Notes: generated by a model not told the origin, from the sequence alone. Positions 28,235 to 38,430 are shown, numbered from the stretch's first letter. The stretch: 64,000 bases of DNA from Candidatus Hydrothermarchaeum profundi (GCA_002011125.2 MTMF02000009.1:936989-1000988); one strand, 5' to 3'. A program made the numbers and translations.

Positions 28235-29597
28235 TGCCTTCTTTTTCCAATATTCCTCTTGCAGCCATGACCCCTGTTGCGGAAGCAATTATCAGTCCTC
28301 TAGAGACGCCTACACCATCTCCTGCTACAAATAGGTTAGGGATACTAGTTTCCATATTTTTGCCGACTTCAACTTGCATAGCATAAAACTTTATTTCTGG
28401 GGCATAAAGGAGAGTGGAGTCTGATGCAACCCCGGGTATGACTTTATCGAGTCCATCTAGGCCTTCTAAGATATTCGTTACGACTCTATGAGGCATAACC
28501 ATAGCTATATCCCCTGGAGTAGCGCCTAAGAAAGTAGGTTTTACGATACCGCTTTTAATCCTCTTCCAAGTAGACCTTCTGCCCCTTCTTAAATCTCCCA
28601 GTCTTTGGATCAGTGGTTCTCCCCCACCCAAAGTTGTGGCCGTTCTCGCTATTGATTCTCCATAGTCAGTCGTATTTTCTACCGGCTCAGTAAGCTCGAT
28701 TCGCGTTAAAAAAGCAAAATTAGTATTTTCTGACTCTTTATCTCTCAGAGAGTGACCGTTTACTCCGACATAACCTCTATAGACTTCTTTTACTACAAAT
28801 CCCCTATGATTTACACAGAAAGTTCTAACGAAGTCGTCATAAGTCTTAGTTATAATATGGAATTTTGGATCTCTATTAATCCGGCATACTGGGTCCATAA
28901 CAATTCCAGGAACTTCAACTCTTACTCCGACATCTATTGGCCCATGTCTCATATCAATTCCAAGTTTTTTTGCTTGCTCTACTATCCACGAAGCTCCAGC
29001 TCGACCAGGAGCGGCTATAATGTATTTAGCTTTAATTTTTTTTCCATTTTCTAATTCCACGCCATTTTTGATTATATTCCTGACCTGAGTCTTAAGGAGA
29101 AATTTCACTCCTCTATCTTTAAGAGTCTTTTCAATAGATGCTATTACTTCTGGAGTATGATCGCTCCCAATATGTCTCTGAGGTATCTGGACGAATTCTA
29201 TACCAGCTGAAGCAGCCTTCCTAGATAATTCTTCTTCCTCTAATGGGGTAGCTTGATAAAGTTTATCAGGTGCGCCGTGGGCTACATAAATACCATCGAC
29301 ATATTTTACCAATTCCCATGCTTCTCTCTCATTTAAGAATCTGTATAGATCTCCACCTATATCAGGTCTTATATTTAGGGTACCATCAGATAGTCCTCCT
29401 GCTCCCCCAACCCCACTCATAACATTACATGGATCGCACCCGATACAAATGCCCGTTTTTTCCATCGGGCACTTTCTCTGTGAAACGGTCTTACCCATGT
29501 CGATTATCAATATTTTAAGCTTACTTCGCTCTGACAGCTCAAGACCTGCAAAAAGACCTGCTGGTCCTGCTCCGATAATCACCACATCATACTCCAT
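28221..29597 (-). CDS. FAD-dependent oxidoreductase with N-terminal Cys cluster (uncharacterised family)
   Basis: GAGPAG, CPMEKTGICIGCDPC, GGAGGLSDG, VGVRVE, YAPEIKFY, AGDG. Confidence 0.85.
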   Translation of the reverse strand: MEYDVVIIGAGPAGLFAGLELSERSKLKILIIDMGKTVSQRKCPMEKTGICIGCDPCNVMSGVGGAGGLSDGTLNIRPDIGGDLYRFLNEREAWELVKYVDGIYVAHGAPDKLYQATPLEEEELSRKAASAGIEFVQIPQRHIGSDHTPEVIASIEKTLKDRGVKFLLKTQVRNIIKNGVELENGKKIKAKYIIAAPGRAGASWIVEQAKKLGIDMRHGPIDVGVRVEVPGIVMDPVCRINRDPKFHIITKTYDDFVRTFCVNHRGFVVKEVYRGYVGVNGHSLRDKESENTNFAFLTRIELTEPVENTTDYGESIARTATTLGGGEPLIQRLGDLRRGRRSTWKRIKSGIVKPTFLGATPGDIAMVMPHRVVTNILEGLDGLDKVIPGVASDSTLLYAPEIKFYAMQVEVGKNMETSIPNLFVAGDGVGVSRGLIIASATGVMAARGILEKEGIIES

Positions 29598-29725
29598 TTT
29601 TTAGCCCCATGAGTTTGCGTAGGTTCGACTATTTTAACCTTACGCAGATTATAGGCTAACGATTTGAAAAAATTTCCTAAAAAAGTTAGTAAGAAATATA
29701 TCCTATAAGCCTTTAATTGCACTTT

Positions 29726-30238
29726 ATGAAAATAGTGGCGGTAATAGGGGCTGGAAGGAAATCTGGTAAAACAACAACTATTGAGGCTCTTGTTAAAGAA
29801 CTTTCTGCTAGGAATTTTGAAGTTGGCACTATAAAACAAATACATGAGGAGGATTTTTCTATAGATAAGCCGTATAAGGATACTTGGAGACATGCCGAGG
29901 CTGGTGCGAAAATTGTAGTATCCGCAGCTCCTAACGAAGTGGCAGCTATTAAAAGGCTAAGGGACGGTGATAGGTTTTCTGAGGCTATGGGTTTCTTGGA
30001 AAAAGAGGATTTAGATTTTGTTATTATAGAGGGGAATCCTGGGGTGAGCGTAGATAAAATCCTTGCTATTAGAGATGCAACTTCAGCAGCCGATATCTTG
30101 ATGAAAGTGAAGAGAATATTGTTTATATCTACCTTATCACAGAATTTTGATAGTTCTAAATTTAATGTTCCCGTTTTTAATCCCTTAAAGGATCAGATTA
30201 AAATGATCGACTTTTTCCTAAATTCTTTGGATAAGTGA
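29726..30238 (+). CDS. mobB: Molybdopterin-guanine dinucleotide biosynthesis protein B
   Basis: RKSGKTT, DKPYKDTWRHAEAGA, IIEG. Confidence 0.8.
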   Translation: MKIVAVIGAGRKSGKTTTIEALVKELSARNFEVGTIKQIHEEDFSIDKPYKDTWRHAEAGAKIVVSAAPNEVAAIKRLRDGDRFSEAMGFLEKEDLDFVIIEGNPGVSVDKILAIRDATSAADILMKVKRILFISTLSQNFDSSKFNVPVFNPLKDQIKMIDFFLNSLDK

Positions 30239-30357
30239 CTTAGATTAATTCTATTAAAATCATCAAATTATTTTTAAATCCATGGTAACTTGTATGGCAC
30301 TGCGAGTTCTCCTATACGATTTTTTTCGTTAATAACTCACAAGAGAGATGAGGAACA

Positions 30358-31032
30358 ATGAAAAGCATAGTAGAACTATTTGCCAAGTCTCCTTTTAAGC
30401 CATTAGAACTGCATGTTGAAAAAGTAAAGCTCTGTTCAGATATGTTTAGGGAATGTGTAATTGCATATTGTAAAAGCGATTTTGAAAAAGCCGAGACTTT
30501 AGCTGTAGAGATTTCAAGAATAGAGCACGAAGCAGATAAAATTAAAAATTTTATTCGTGAACATCTTCCCAAAGGAATTTTTATGCCGGTGGATAGAGGA
30601 GACCTTCTCAATTATTTATCTGAACAAGACAAAGTCGCAGATTATATTGAGGAAACTGCTCTTACTCTTGCTCTTAGAAGAACTATGCTATCAGAAGACC
30701 TAAGAGAGGACTTTCTAGATCTCGCCAAAAAAACGTGCGACGTTGTAGATTTAATTCCTCTTACAGTTAAGAGCATGAGCGGGCTTTTAGAGACCTCTTA
30801 TCTAAAAAAAGGCGAGGGGAAGATAATGGAATACATAAGATTAATGAAAGAAAAAGAGGAACTTACAGATCAACTTGACTTAAAGATTAGGAAAGAACTC
30901 TTCGACAAAGAAGATGAATTTACACATGGTGAGTTTTTTCATTTAATGAGGACAATTAAGCTTCTTTCTAGGATTGCTGATCATGCAGAAAACTGTGGTG
31001 ATCGGATGCTTATTATGATAGCTAAGGTTTAA
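30358..31032 (+). CDS. DUF47/PhoU-like phosphate transport regulator
   Basis: SPFKPL..H, EHEADKIK, FMPVDRGD, QDKVAD, IADHAEN. Confidence 0.85.
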   Translation: MKSIVELFAKSPFKPLELHVEKVKLCSDMFRECVIAYCKSDFEKAETLAVEISRIEHEADKIKNFIREHLPKGIFMPVDRGDLLNYLSEQDKVADYIEETALTLALRRTMLSEDLREDFLDLAKKTCDVVDLIPLTVKSMSGLLETSYLKKGEGKIMEYIRLMKEKEELTDQLDLKIRKELFDKEDEFTHGEFFHLMRTIKLLSRIADHAENCGDRMLIMIAKV

Positions 31033-31045
31033 GGAGGTAGATTAT

Positions 31046-31339
31046 GTGATTGAACCTAAGACTGAGATAATAATGGTGGGGCATATACTGGAAAAAGGAA
31101 TAGTATTCAAGCTCTATGAGGCGATAAAGGATATAGATGTAGATGTAAAGCACTGTGAAATATCATTTACAACACTTAAGGACGGTATAGAGGAGAAGAA
31201 ACCTTCTACCATGAGGTTCTATTTAATAGGGCCAAAAGAGGAAAGAGATAAGGCACTTAAGAAAATAGAGGAGCTGGCACAAGAAACTGGGTGCGGTGTT
31301 CAGAGAGTGGATTATGATAAACTTTGGGTTAAAACCTGA
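31046..31339 (+). CDS. Small hypothetical protein, probable ACT/ferredoxin-like fold
   Basis: SD GGAGGT, GTG start; beta-alpha-beta-beta-alpha pattern beginning EIIMVGHILEKG. Confidence 0.6.
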   Translation: MIEPKTEIIMVGHILEKGIVFKLYEAIKDIDVDVKHCEISFTTLKDGIEEKKPSTMRFYLIGPKEERDKALKKIEELAQETGCGVQRVDYDKLWVKT

Positions 31340-31966
31340 TTACTCAGATTTCTTAAAAGTTCTACAGAATACCGGCCCGTTTGGCTTTTCCTCGGAGAAT
31401 ATCACGCCTTTAAACCGATATACTTTCGTATTGATGTCAAACCAAGAGTCTGGGAGGAGCCCAGCTTTCATGCAGGTGTGAGATAGGAACTCTTCGGTGT
31501 CCCATCCAAATTCAACAGGGACTTGCGGTAATAAAAGCCCTCTATTTAAGCCTTTTTCAACTATTAAACCATCTTCCCCAATTTTTATAGTATCTAGATA
31601 ATCCTTTGGCGATTTAACTCTAATTAGTTCTGGTGGGGTAAGAATACTTACCTCTAAGATAATATGCTCAAGTTCATACTTAGTAAGATGAGGAAAGCGA
31701 GGGTCTTGGGTAGCTGCAGCTATCGCAGACTTTATAGTAGCATCTACTAGCGGCATAATTGGTTCTGGATAGCCTATGCATCCTCTAAGTTCCTTAGAAG
31801 GATAGGTCTCAATAGTTACAAAGACTCCTGCATTTTGTGATAATTTTTTAGGATATTCTTTTGGCGGGTCAATGACCCTACCCTCGCGTATATATTCAGT
31901 AATAGCTTTCCTAGCTAGTTTGACTAGAAATTCACCATCTTCTATAGAGTATTCTACTGGTTTCAT
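31340..31966 (-). CDS. AMMECR1-domain protein
   Basis: GVFVT, LRGCIG, DPRF, EVSILT, GLLLPQV. Confidence 0.92.
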   Translation of the reverse strand: MKPVEYSIEDGEFLVKLARKAITEYIREGRVIDPPKEYPKKLSQNAGVFVTIETYPSKELRGCIGYPEPIMPLVDATIKSAIAAATQDPRFPHLTKYELEHIILEVSILTPPELIRVKSPKDYLDTIKIGEDGLIVEKGLNRGLLLPQVPVEFGWDTEEFLSHTCMKAGLLPDSWFDINTKVYRFKGVIFSEEKPNGPVFCRTFKKSE

Positions 31967-32343
31967 TTCGTGTAAAAAATATATCTTTTTGGGGCTAAAT
32001 ATCTTTTGTCCATTTTGAAATCACATCTCTTGCATTTGCTTCCTACTAAAGTCTCTTCACCCAACAGTCCCTTTACTTTGAGCTTTTCAAGTTCTCCCCC
32101 GCATATAAAACACTTCTTAGCCTCTTTATTAGATCTCCTCTTCTCAACGAATATTTTCACGTCAGGCATCTGTGAAGAAATTCTCTTGAGCCTTTCGACC
32201 GACAACTTGTAGTGGGGGTTATCCTTCCTTAATTTCCTTAATATCATATCTAAGAAGAGCTTTTGTGAATCTATTTCTTTATTTTTTTCCAAAACTACTC
32301 TAATAGCTCCTTGCACATCTTTTTCTTTTGGAATCTTGTACAT
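31963..32343 (-). CDS. Hypothetical protein with C-terminal zinc ribbon
   Basis: CFICG...CKRC. Confidence 0.65.
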   Translation of the reverse strand: MYKIPKEKDVQGAIRVVLEKNKEIDSQKLFLDMILRKLRKDNPHYKLSVERLKRISSQMPDVKIFVEKRRSNKEAKKCFICGGELEKLKVKGLLGEETLVGSKCKRCDFKMDKRYLAPKRYIFYTK

Positions 32344-32376
32344 TTAGACTTAAATTGTAGATTCGAAATAAAAAAA

Positions 32377-32835
32377 TTATTCCTTCATAAGATCTCTAAC
32401 GGTTTTTTTTATTTTATCCCAATGGCTTCCATGCCAGTATATTTTGCCGCAATCCCTACATTCCCAGAACTCTTCAACCACTGCTAGTATCCCGCCGGGT
32501 ACTTTATTTTTAACTTTACCTTTTTCCAGCTTCTTGATTTCCCCGTTGCATAGAGGACAGCGGGAGTTTTCTGGAGTTTCTTTCAGAACTATTCCTTTAT
32601 TTCTAATAAGTTGCCTAAGCTGGTCTTGAAGCGAATTACTAGAAAAAAGAATGACTTCTCTACCACTCTTCAATGCTTTCTCAGCCAGCTCTGCGTCACG
32701 CGTTAAAATTACTCTTTTCGCTGCTTTATTGAGAACTTCTTCATCAGAGTAATACCTAGAATAAAGTACATCATATCCACTTAACCTTAGCCATCTAGCA
32801 AGCTTTCCCATCATAGAGTCTGCAATAAATCTCAT
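32377..32835 (-). CDS. Mut7-C RNase (PIN-like, DUF82) domain protein
   Basis: FIADSMMGKLARWLRLSGYD, LTRD, RCPLCN, CRDCGKIYWHGSH. Confidence 0.9.
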   Translation of the reverse strand: MRFIADSMMGKLARWLRLSGYDVLYSRYYSDEEVLNKAAKRVILTRDAELAEKALKSGREVILFSSNSLQDQLRQLIRNKGIVLKETPENSRCPLCNGEIKKLEKGKVKNKVPGGILAVVEEFWECRDCGKIYWHGSHWDKIKKTVRDLMKE

Positions 32836-32937
32836 TTTAATACATTTAGTATAGTGATAAATTTTTAGGGACTAACCATAATCTTTTTATTTGCTAGATA
32901 TATTTATAACTGAAGAAAATAAACCGGAGGAATTTAA

Positions 32938-33486
32938 ATGGACACTGAGGTCAGAGTTAGGGAAGCAATGACAACAGATGTTATAACTGTAGATAAAAGT
33001 ACTTCCGTAGATGAAGCGGCTAAGTTGATGGCTGAAAAAAATATAGGAAGTCTCATAGTCGTTGAGGATCATAAGCCGGTAGGTATTGTAACAGAGAGGG
33101 ATATATCTTTTAGAGTGGTAGCCAAAGATAGAAAGCCCTCCACTGTAAAAGTAGGAGAAATAATGTCATCGCCCTTGAAGACAGTTGGACCTAATATTAG
33201 TCTAACAGAGGCTAGCAAAATTATGGCTAAAAATAATCTGAGGAGGCTCCCGGTAATAGACAAGGGGAAGCTTGTAGGCTTGATAACTAATAAAGATATC
33301 CTTGCCATAGCTCCAGAGCAAATTGAGATTCTTACCGAACTTTCGAGGATGAAAGAAGAGCCTATAGAAAAAGAAGTTCCAGATAAGGGAACATGCGAAA
33401 ACTGTGGAGACTATGGCGTAGAGTTATACGAAGTCAATGGAATCTTCGTTTGTGAAAGTTGTAGGGAGGAATTGGGTGGGGACTGA
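32938..33486 (+). CDS. CBS-pair protein with C-terminal zinc ribbon
   Basis: Two CBS repeats plus GTCENCG...CESC. Confidence 0.88.
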   Translation: MDTEVRVREAMTTDVITVDKSTSVDEAAKLMAEKNIGSLIVVEDHKPVGIVTERDISFRVVAKDRKPSTVKVGEIMSSPLKTVGPNISLTEASKIMAKNNLRRLPVIDKGKLVGLITNKDILAIAPEQIEILTELSRMKEEPIEKEVPDKGTCENCGDYGVELYEVNGIFVCESCREELGGD

Positions 33487-34273
33487 CCTCAAAGTGGCCG
33501 AGGTCATGACCACAGGTCCTCTCTGTGTTAGGGAAGAGGACTATGCGACCAAGGCCAGATCTCTCTTCAGGAAAACAGGTTATAGGAGTTTGCCTGTAGT
33601 AGATGAAGACAATAGACTAGTGGGCATAATAACTAGAGGGGATATACTGAATGTTACATCTACCAAATCAAATATCCAAGTAGGCGGTTTAATGTCTTCT
33701 CCCATAATTTATGCGACTCCAGAAGAGGATATTATTAGCGTTGCTAAAAGGTTAATTAAAGCTGATGTAAATAGGGCTCCAATAGTAAAATCTAATTCGG
33801 ACATGGAGTTGGTTGGTATACTATGTCTACATGACATTATGCGGGAGTTAAGAAGAAAGGGAATTAAACCTAGAAAAAAGAGGGTTAAGGAGGTAATGAC
33901 AGAAAATATTTTGACTTGCAGCCCTGCCGATCCGATAACGAAGGTTTGGGCTAAAATTGATGATACCGGGTATTCTGGTATTCCTGTTATTAAGGATGGT
34001 AGGCCAATTGGCATGATTACGAGAAAGGACATAATAAAGGCAGGATACGCTAGAATTGAGAGAGAGGGTAACAAAGGAAGGATGAAGAACCCCCCGATAG
34101 TTGAAAAGCTTATGAGGACTCCTGTAATCAGCGTTTCGAAGGAATGTAGTGTTGAAGAAGCAGTAGATCTAATGCTTAAATTTGATATTGGTAGACTGGC
34201 AGTAGTAGAGAATGGAGTTCTAGTTGGGATAATTGATAGAGAAGATGTTATAAAAGCATATATAGGGGATTAA
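33476..34273 (+). CDS. Four-CBS-repeat protein
   Basis: Repeated LPVV..VGIIT motifs; probable GTG start 33476 after GGAGG. Confidence 0.88.
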   Translation: MGTDLKVAEVMTTGPLCVREEDYATKARSLFRKTGYRSLPVVDEDNRLVGIITRGDILNVTSTKSNIQVGGLMSSPIIYATPEEDIISVAKRLIKADVNRAPIVKSNSDMELVGILCLHDIMRELRRKGIKPRKKRVKEVMTENILTCSPADPITKVWAKIDDTGYSGIPVIKDGRPIGMITRKDIIKAGYARIEREGNKGRMKNPPIVEKLMRTPVISVSKECSVEEAVDLMLKFDIGRLAVVENGVLVGIIDREDVIKAYIGD

Positions 34274-34274
34274 A

Positions 34275-35210
34275 ATGGTGAAGGATTTCATAAAAGAGAG
34301 AATAAAAGATGTACATAGTATAACTAAAGCAAGGGAAAGGAAAGCCTTGGATTTCAAGTCGAAGTTAGCATCGTATGAAGGATCAATAATGTCTATTGCA
34401 ACAAAAGAAGTAGTTACTATTCCTCCTACTATGACAATAAAAGGTGCAGCAGAAACTATGACTAAGTATCGTTTTAGGAGGCTTCCAGTATGTGATCCAG
34501 GCACTAATAGGCTTGTGGGTATTGTAGGCAGTAGTGATATTATAGACTTTTTGGGTGGAGGCGAAAAGTATCTTTTAATTGAGAAAAAGTTTGGTGGAAA
34601 TTTTTTTGCCGCTATTAATGACTCAGTAAGAGAAATAATGGTAACAGATGTATTAACTGCGCGGACTGATGAGACTATTGAAGAAGCATTGGATAAGTTG
34701 CTTAAAACCCGTGCTGGGGGAATCGTAATAGTTGACGATGAACAGAGGGCTAAGGGAATAATTACAGAACGTGATTTCGTGTTTCTTCTTTCTGAAAAAG
34801 TTACTGGTAAGAAAGTGGGAGAGCATATGACTACTAACGTTGTAACCGCAACTCCAGGAATGCCGTTGGGAGACGCATGTAAGATAATGGTTAGGAATAG
34901 TTTCAGGAGGTTGCCTGTCGTGAGTCAAGGATTCTTAAGAGGCCTTATAACCACAAGAATGATTATCGAGTTTATTGGAAGGAATCATATTTTTGATAAG
35001 ATAGTACAAAATAAAGTTAAAGAAATCTTAGATACCAGAGTTTCGGAGATAATGTCTAGAGATGTGCCGACCATATCAAAGGAAGCAGATATCGGTGAAG
35101 CAGCTAAGATTATGGAATCAAGCGGTAGAGGTACAATCTGCGTTGTAGAGGACAGCAGGCTTTTGGGTATTCTGACTGAAAGAGATATACTAAAGGCGCT
35201 AGCAGAATGA
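34275..35210 (+). CDS. Four-CBS-repeat protein
   Basis: FRRLPV twice, GIITERD, DFLGGGEK insertion. Confidence 0.88.
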   Translation: MVKDFIKERIKDVHSITKARERKALDFKSKLASYEGSIMSIATKEVVTIPPTMTIKGAAETMTKYRFRRLPVCDPGTNRLVGIVGSSDIIDFLGGGEKYLLIEKKFGGNFFAAINDSVREIMVTDVLTARTDETIEEALDKLLKTRAGGIVIVDDEQRAKGIITERDFVFLLSEKVTGKKVGEHMTTNVVTATPGMPLGDACKIMVRNSFRRLPVVSQGFLRGLITTRMIIEFIGRNHIFDKIVQNKVKEILDTRVSEIMSRDVPTISKEADIGEAAKIMESSGRGTICVVEDSRLLGILTERDILKALAE

Positions 35211-36058
35211 TGATTGAAAAATATATGAGTAAAGAATTGGTCGTTGTATCCCCAGGCGATACTATAGCTCATGTGCGCAACTTATTGATATCTAACAGAG
35301 TGAGTAGAGTATTAATTGCTCAAGAAGGGCTGGTAGGTATAGTAACTAAAAAAGATATTTCAGAGAGGCTCGCTACAGGGAGTGCGCTATGGAGAAGAAG
35401 ACCGATTGACAAGATTTCTGTGAGTAGAGTCATGACTACCGATCTCATTACGATTTCTTCAGATGCATCGATAGCTGAGGCAGCCAAAATGATGATAGAA
35501 AATAAAATATCTTCTCTCCCGGTTATAGATGACAAAGGTAACTTAGTAGGTATTATAACAAAAACGGATCTAGTTAAGGCGTATCTTGAGAATTATAGGG
35601 GAAAATATAAAGTTAGAAAACTTATGAGTAAAAATGTTGTAACTGTTGATAGATTTCATACTCTGAGTCACGTGGTTGAACTAATGCGAGAGAAAGGAGT
35701 AGGCAGAGTGATTGTGATTGATGGTGGTAAGCCGGTTGGTATTATAACTCCTTCTAATATCTCATTCTATGAGTTAACTGAGCCTCGAAGAGGTGTAAGG
35801 GTAATGGAAAAGACTTTTGTCAGAAAACCTGATAGGGCAGAAAGGCCGAGATATAGGTATGTAAAAACATTACTCGTTACTGCAGAAGATCTTATGTCCT
35901 CAAATCTTATTACGATTAAAAGCACGAGAGACGCGACAGAGGCTGCGGATCTCCTGATCAAAAATAAAATATCTTCATTGCCTGTAGTTGATGATACCGA
36001 ATTATCTGGGATAATAACTAAAACGGATATTGTGAGGGGGATAGCAAAAATCGGGTAA
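35207..36058 (+). CDS. Four-CBS-repeat protein
   Basis: ISSLPV twice, GIITKTD twice, WRRRPID. Confidence 0.88.
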   Translation: MMIEKYMSKELVVVSPGDTIAHVRNLLISNRVSRVLIAQEGLVGIVTKKDISERLATGSALWRRRPIDKISVSRVMTTDLITISSDASIAEAAKMMIENKISSLPVIDDKGNLVGIITKTDLVKAYLENYRGKYKVRKLMSKNVVTVDRFHTLSHVVELMREKGVGRVIVIDGGKPVGIITPSNISFYELTEPRRGVRVMEKTFVRKPDRAERPRYRYVKTLLVTAEDLMSSNLITIKSTRDATEAADLLIKNKISSLPVVDDTELSGIITKTDIVRGIAKIG

Positions 36059-36082
36059 TTCAATAATATTTAATCTTTCGAG

Positions 36083-36871
36083 GTGGGATCTATGGTCCTT
36101 TTAGTTGATGATTTAATGACGAGGGAAGTTATTTGTATCGATAAGAATCGAGCTTTATCAGACGCTTATAAGCTAATGGAGAAGAAAAATATTTCTAGGA
36201 TATTGGTTACTTCTGCCGGGGAATTATGCGGTATTATGTCTATAAAGGATGTGCTTGAACATTTAGGGTCATCTAAACATGGTAAAATTTTGCCCTCTAG
36301 TCTTCATGTGTCTACTGTAATGAATGATAGCCTGATAGTTATTAAAAAAGGCAAAAGTGTAAGAGATGCTGCTAAACTGATGCTTGAGAATAGAATTTCT
36401 TGCCTGCCTGTGATGGATGCTGACCGCGTTGTTGGAATAATTACTAAGACAGACCTAATAAAAAGTCTTAAAAACTCTAAAAAGAAGATTGAGAAGGTAA
36501 TAACATGGGACCCAGACGTAGTTAGCCCAAAGGATAGAGTAGTGCATGCTAGGCGAATAATGCTCGATAAGAACATTGGCAGACTCATAGTTCTAGAAGA
36601 AGATGAACTCGTAGGGATAGTAACAGAGAAGGATATAGCTAAAGCCTTATCCGCTTTTAGGAAAACTGCAGATAGGTATCAATATAGCCGTATAAGGAAC
36701 ATGATAATAGAAGATGTAATGACACAAACAGTTAAAACACTTGATATAAATGCAACGGTAGGGGATGCCGTTAGCATGATGTTAGAGAATAATTTTTCTG
36801 GGATTCCTATCCTTAATGACGGAAAGTTGGCAGGTATAGTCACTAAGACGGACCTCATACGAGTTATATGA
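36083..36871 (+). CDS. Four-CBS-repeat protein
   Basis: GIITKTD, DRVVHARRIM, GIVTKTD. Confidence 0.88.
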   Translation: MGSMVLLVDDLMTREVICIDKNRALSDAYKLMEKKNISRILVTSAGELCGIMSIKDVLEHLGSSKHGKILPSSLHVSTVMNDSLIVIKKGKSVRDAAKLMLENRISCLPVMDADRVVGIITKTDLIKSLKNSKKKIEKVITWDPDVVSPKDRVVHARRIMLDKNIGRLIVLEEDELVGIVTEKDIAKALSAFRKTADRYQYSRIRNMIIEDVMTQTVKTLDINATVGDAVSMMLENNFSGIPILNDGKLAGIVTKTDLIRVI

Positions 36872-37998
36872 TTATAGAAAAAATTTCTAGGGCCTTAGGA
36901 GTAGAACCTTGGAGAATAAAAGGAGCTCTAGACCGTCATACAATAAGAATCGTTAAGGACTTTACTCCAAATTACATAGTTTTTAAAAAAAGCTTAGGGC
37001 AGATTGAGAGGGGTACTAGTGTTTTTCTTAATGATGATCTTGATGTAGTGCCAGGGTTCCCTAAAATCCAGAGAGCTTTTTATCTAAGACCTGTAGTTGA
37101 GAGACATTTCGGAGAGAAAATAGCTGTAGAAGAAAAAATGAATGGTTATAATGTAAGAGCATTTCTCGTTAACAATAAAGTTTATGCACTCACAAGAGGG
37201 GGATTTATATGCCCTTACACAACAGCTAAGTTGAGAGAGATCTCTGGCATTAAAAAATTTCTATCAGACCATAATGTTGTACTATGCGGTGAAGTTGTTG
37301 GTATGGAGAACCCCTATGTAATTCATGAATACCCTGAAGCAGGAAAATTTGGTTTCTTTGTTTTCGATATAAGGGAGAAAAAGTCTAATGACCCTAAACC
37401 TATTCAGGAAAGAAACTCGCTACTCGATGCGTATGGTATTAGATATGTGAGGTTGATAGGTATTTTTAAGAAGGCTATAGTGGTAGAAGAAATTTTCAAA
37501 ATTATAAAGGAATTAGAGAAGGAGAATAGGGAAGGTGTTGTCCTAAAAGATCCAGATATGAAGATACCCCCAATAAAATATACCTCTTCGAAGACAAACA
37601 CGTCTGATTTAGCATACGCATTCAGGTTTCCCTATGATTACGGTAGAGACTTCTTCTTTTCAAGGATTATGAGAGAGGGCTATCAAGCTTTAGAGCTTGA
37701 GGAAGAGGAGGATGACCTAAAGAAGCGAGCACTTAGACTTGGCGAGAGTCTATTATATCCTATGGTTGAAACTATGAAAAAGATTAAAAAAGGCGAGATT
37801 GTTACCGAAGATTTTACTGTTAGGGTTAATAGTAGGAGGGAGATTTCTAAAATAGAAACATACTTGCGGAGACAGGGAGTGGACGTGAATATCGTTGATA
37901 TACGGGAAGAGGAAAATGGATTTGTAGCGAGGGTAAAAAGGATGAGGCATTCTACTAATGATAAGATAAGATCATTGTTATCTGGTAAAATAGAATAA
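36868..37998 (+). CDS. ATP-dependent RNA ligase, archaeal Rnl3 (Pab1020-like)
   Basis: GFPKIQR, motif I EEKMNGYNVR, TRGGFICPYTT, GEVVG, FFVFDI, REGVVLK, IKYT. Confidence 0.9.
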   Translation: MIIEKISRALGVEPWRIKGALDRHTIRIVKDFTPNYIVFKKSLGQIERGTSVFLNDDLDVVPGFPKIQRAFYLRPVVERHFGEKIAVEEKMNGYNVRAFLVNNKVYALTRGGFICPYTTAKLREISGIKKFLSDHNVVLCGEVVGMENPYVIHEYPEAGKFGFFVFDIREKKSNDPKPIQERNSLLDAYGIRYVRLIGIFKKAIVVEEIFKIIKELEKENREGVVLKDPDMKIPPIKYTSSKTNTSDLAYAFRFPYDYGRDFFFSRIMREGYQALELEEEEDDLKKRALRLGESLLYPMVETMKKIKKGEIVTEDFTVRVNSRREISKIETYLRRQGVDVNIVDIREEENGFVARVKRMRHSTNDKIRSLLSGKIE

Positions 37999-37999
37999 T

Positions 38000-38350
38000 T
38001 TACCTATACCCTGGCATAGGAGGTGGGGAAGTGGGAGGACCCATATGCCTCTTCTTTTGTTCATAATAGTCCTTATATACACGCCATGTTTTTTCAGCAA
38101 GGTTTCCTCGTAATATTTTTGTTATAATCATTTTGGGAGCAGGGAGTTTATCTGAGATTGGAGTATAATCTACGATTACAATGTCTCCTTCACGTATTTT
38201 TTTACTAAGCTTGGGGGATACCTCTGTAGTAAGAAGATTTTCATCCCACATCATAAGAGCGGCTTGAGTGGCCTCGTCAGCAGATTCCACCTCATCATTA
38301 TCCGGAGAGAATACTTTTACAGTTTTGCCTACATGGTACATCTGCTTCAC
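38000..38350 (-). CDS. Hypothetical protein
   Basis: 116-aa ORF, GTG start overlapping GAGAGGTG, Pro-rich C-terminus. Confidence 0.6.
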   Translation of the reverse strand: MKQMYHVGKTVKVFSPDNDEVESADEATQAALMMWDENLLTTEVSPKLSKKIREGDIVIVDYTPISDKLPAPKMIITKILRGNLAEKTWRVYKDYYEQKKRHMGPPTSPPPMPGYR

Positions 38351-38430
38351 CTCTCATGTTTTGCTTCACTATTATAAAACACATCTAGCGGTGTTAAGAA
38401 TTAAATACCTTTTACACTTTATTTAAACCC

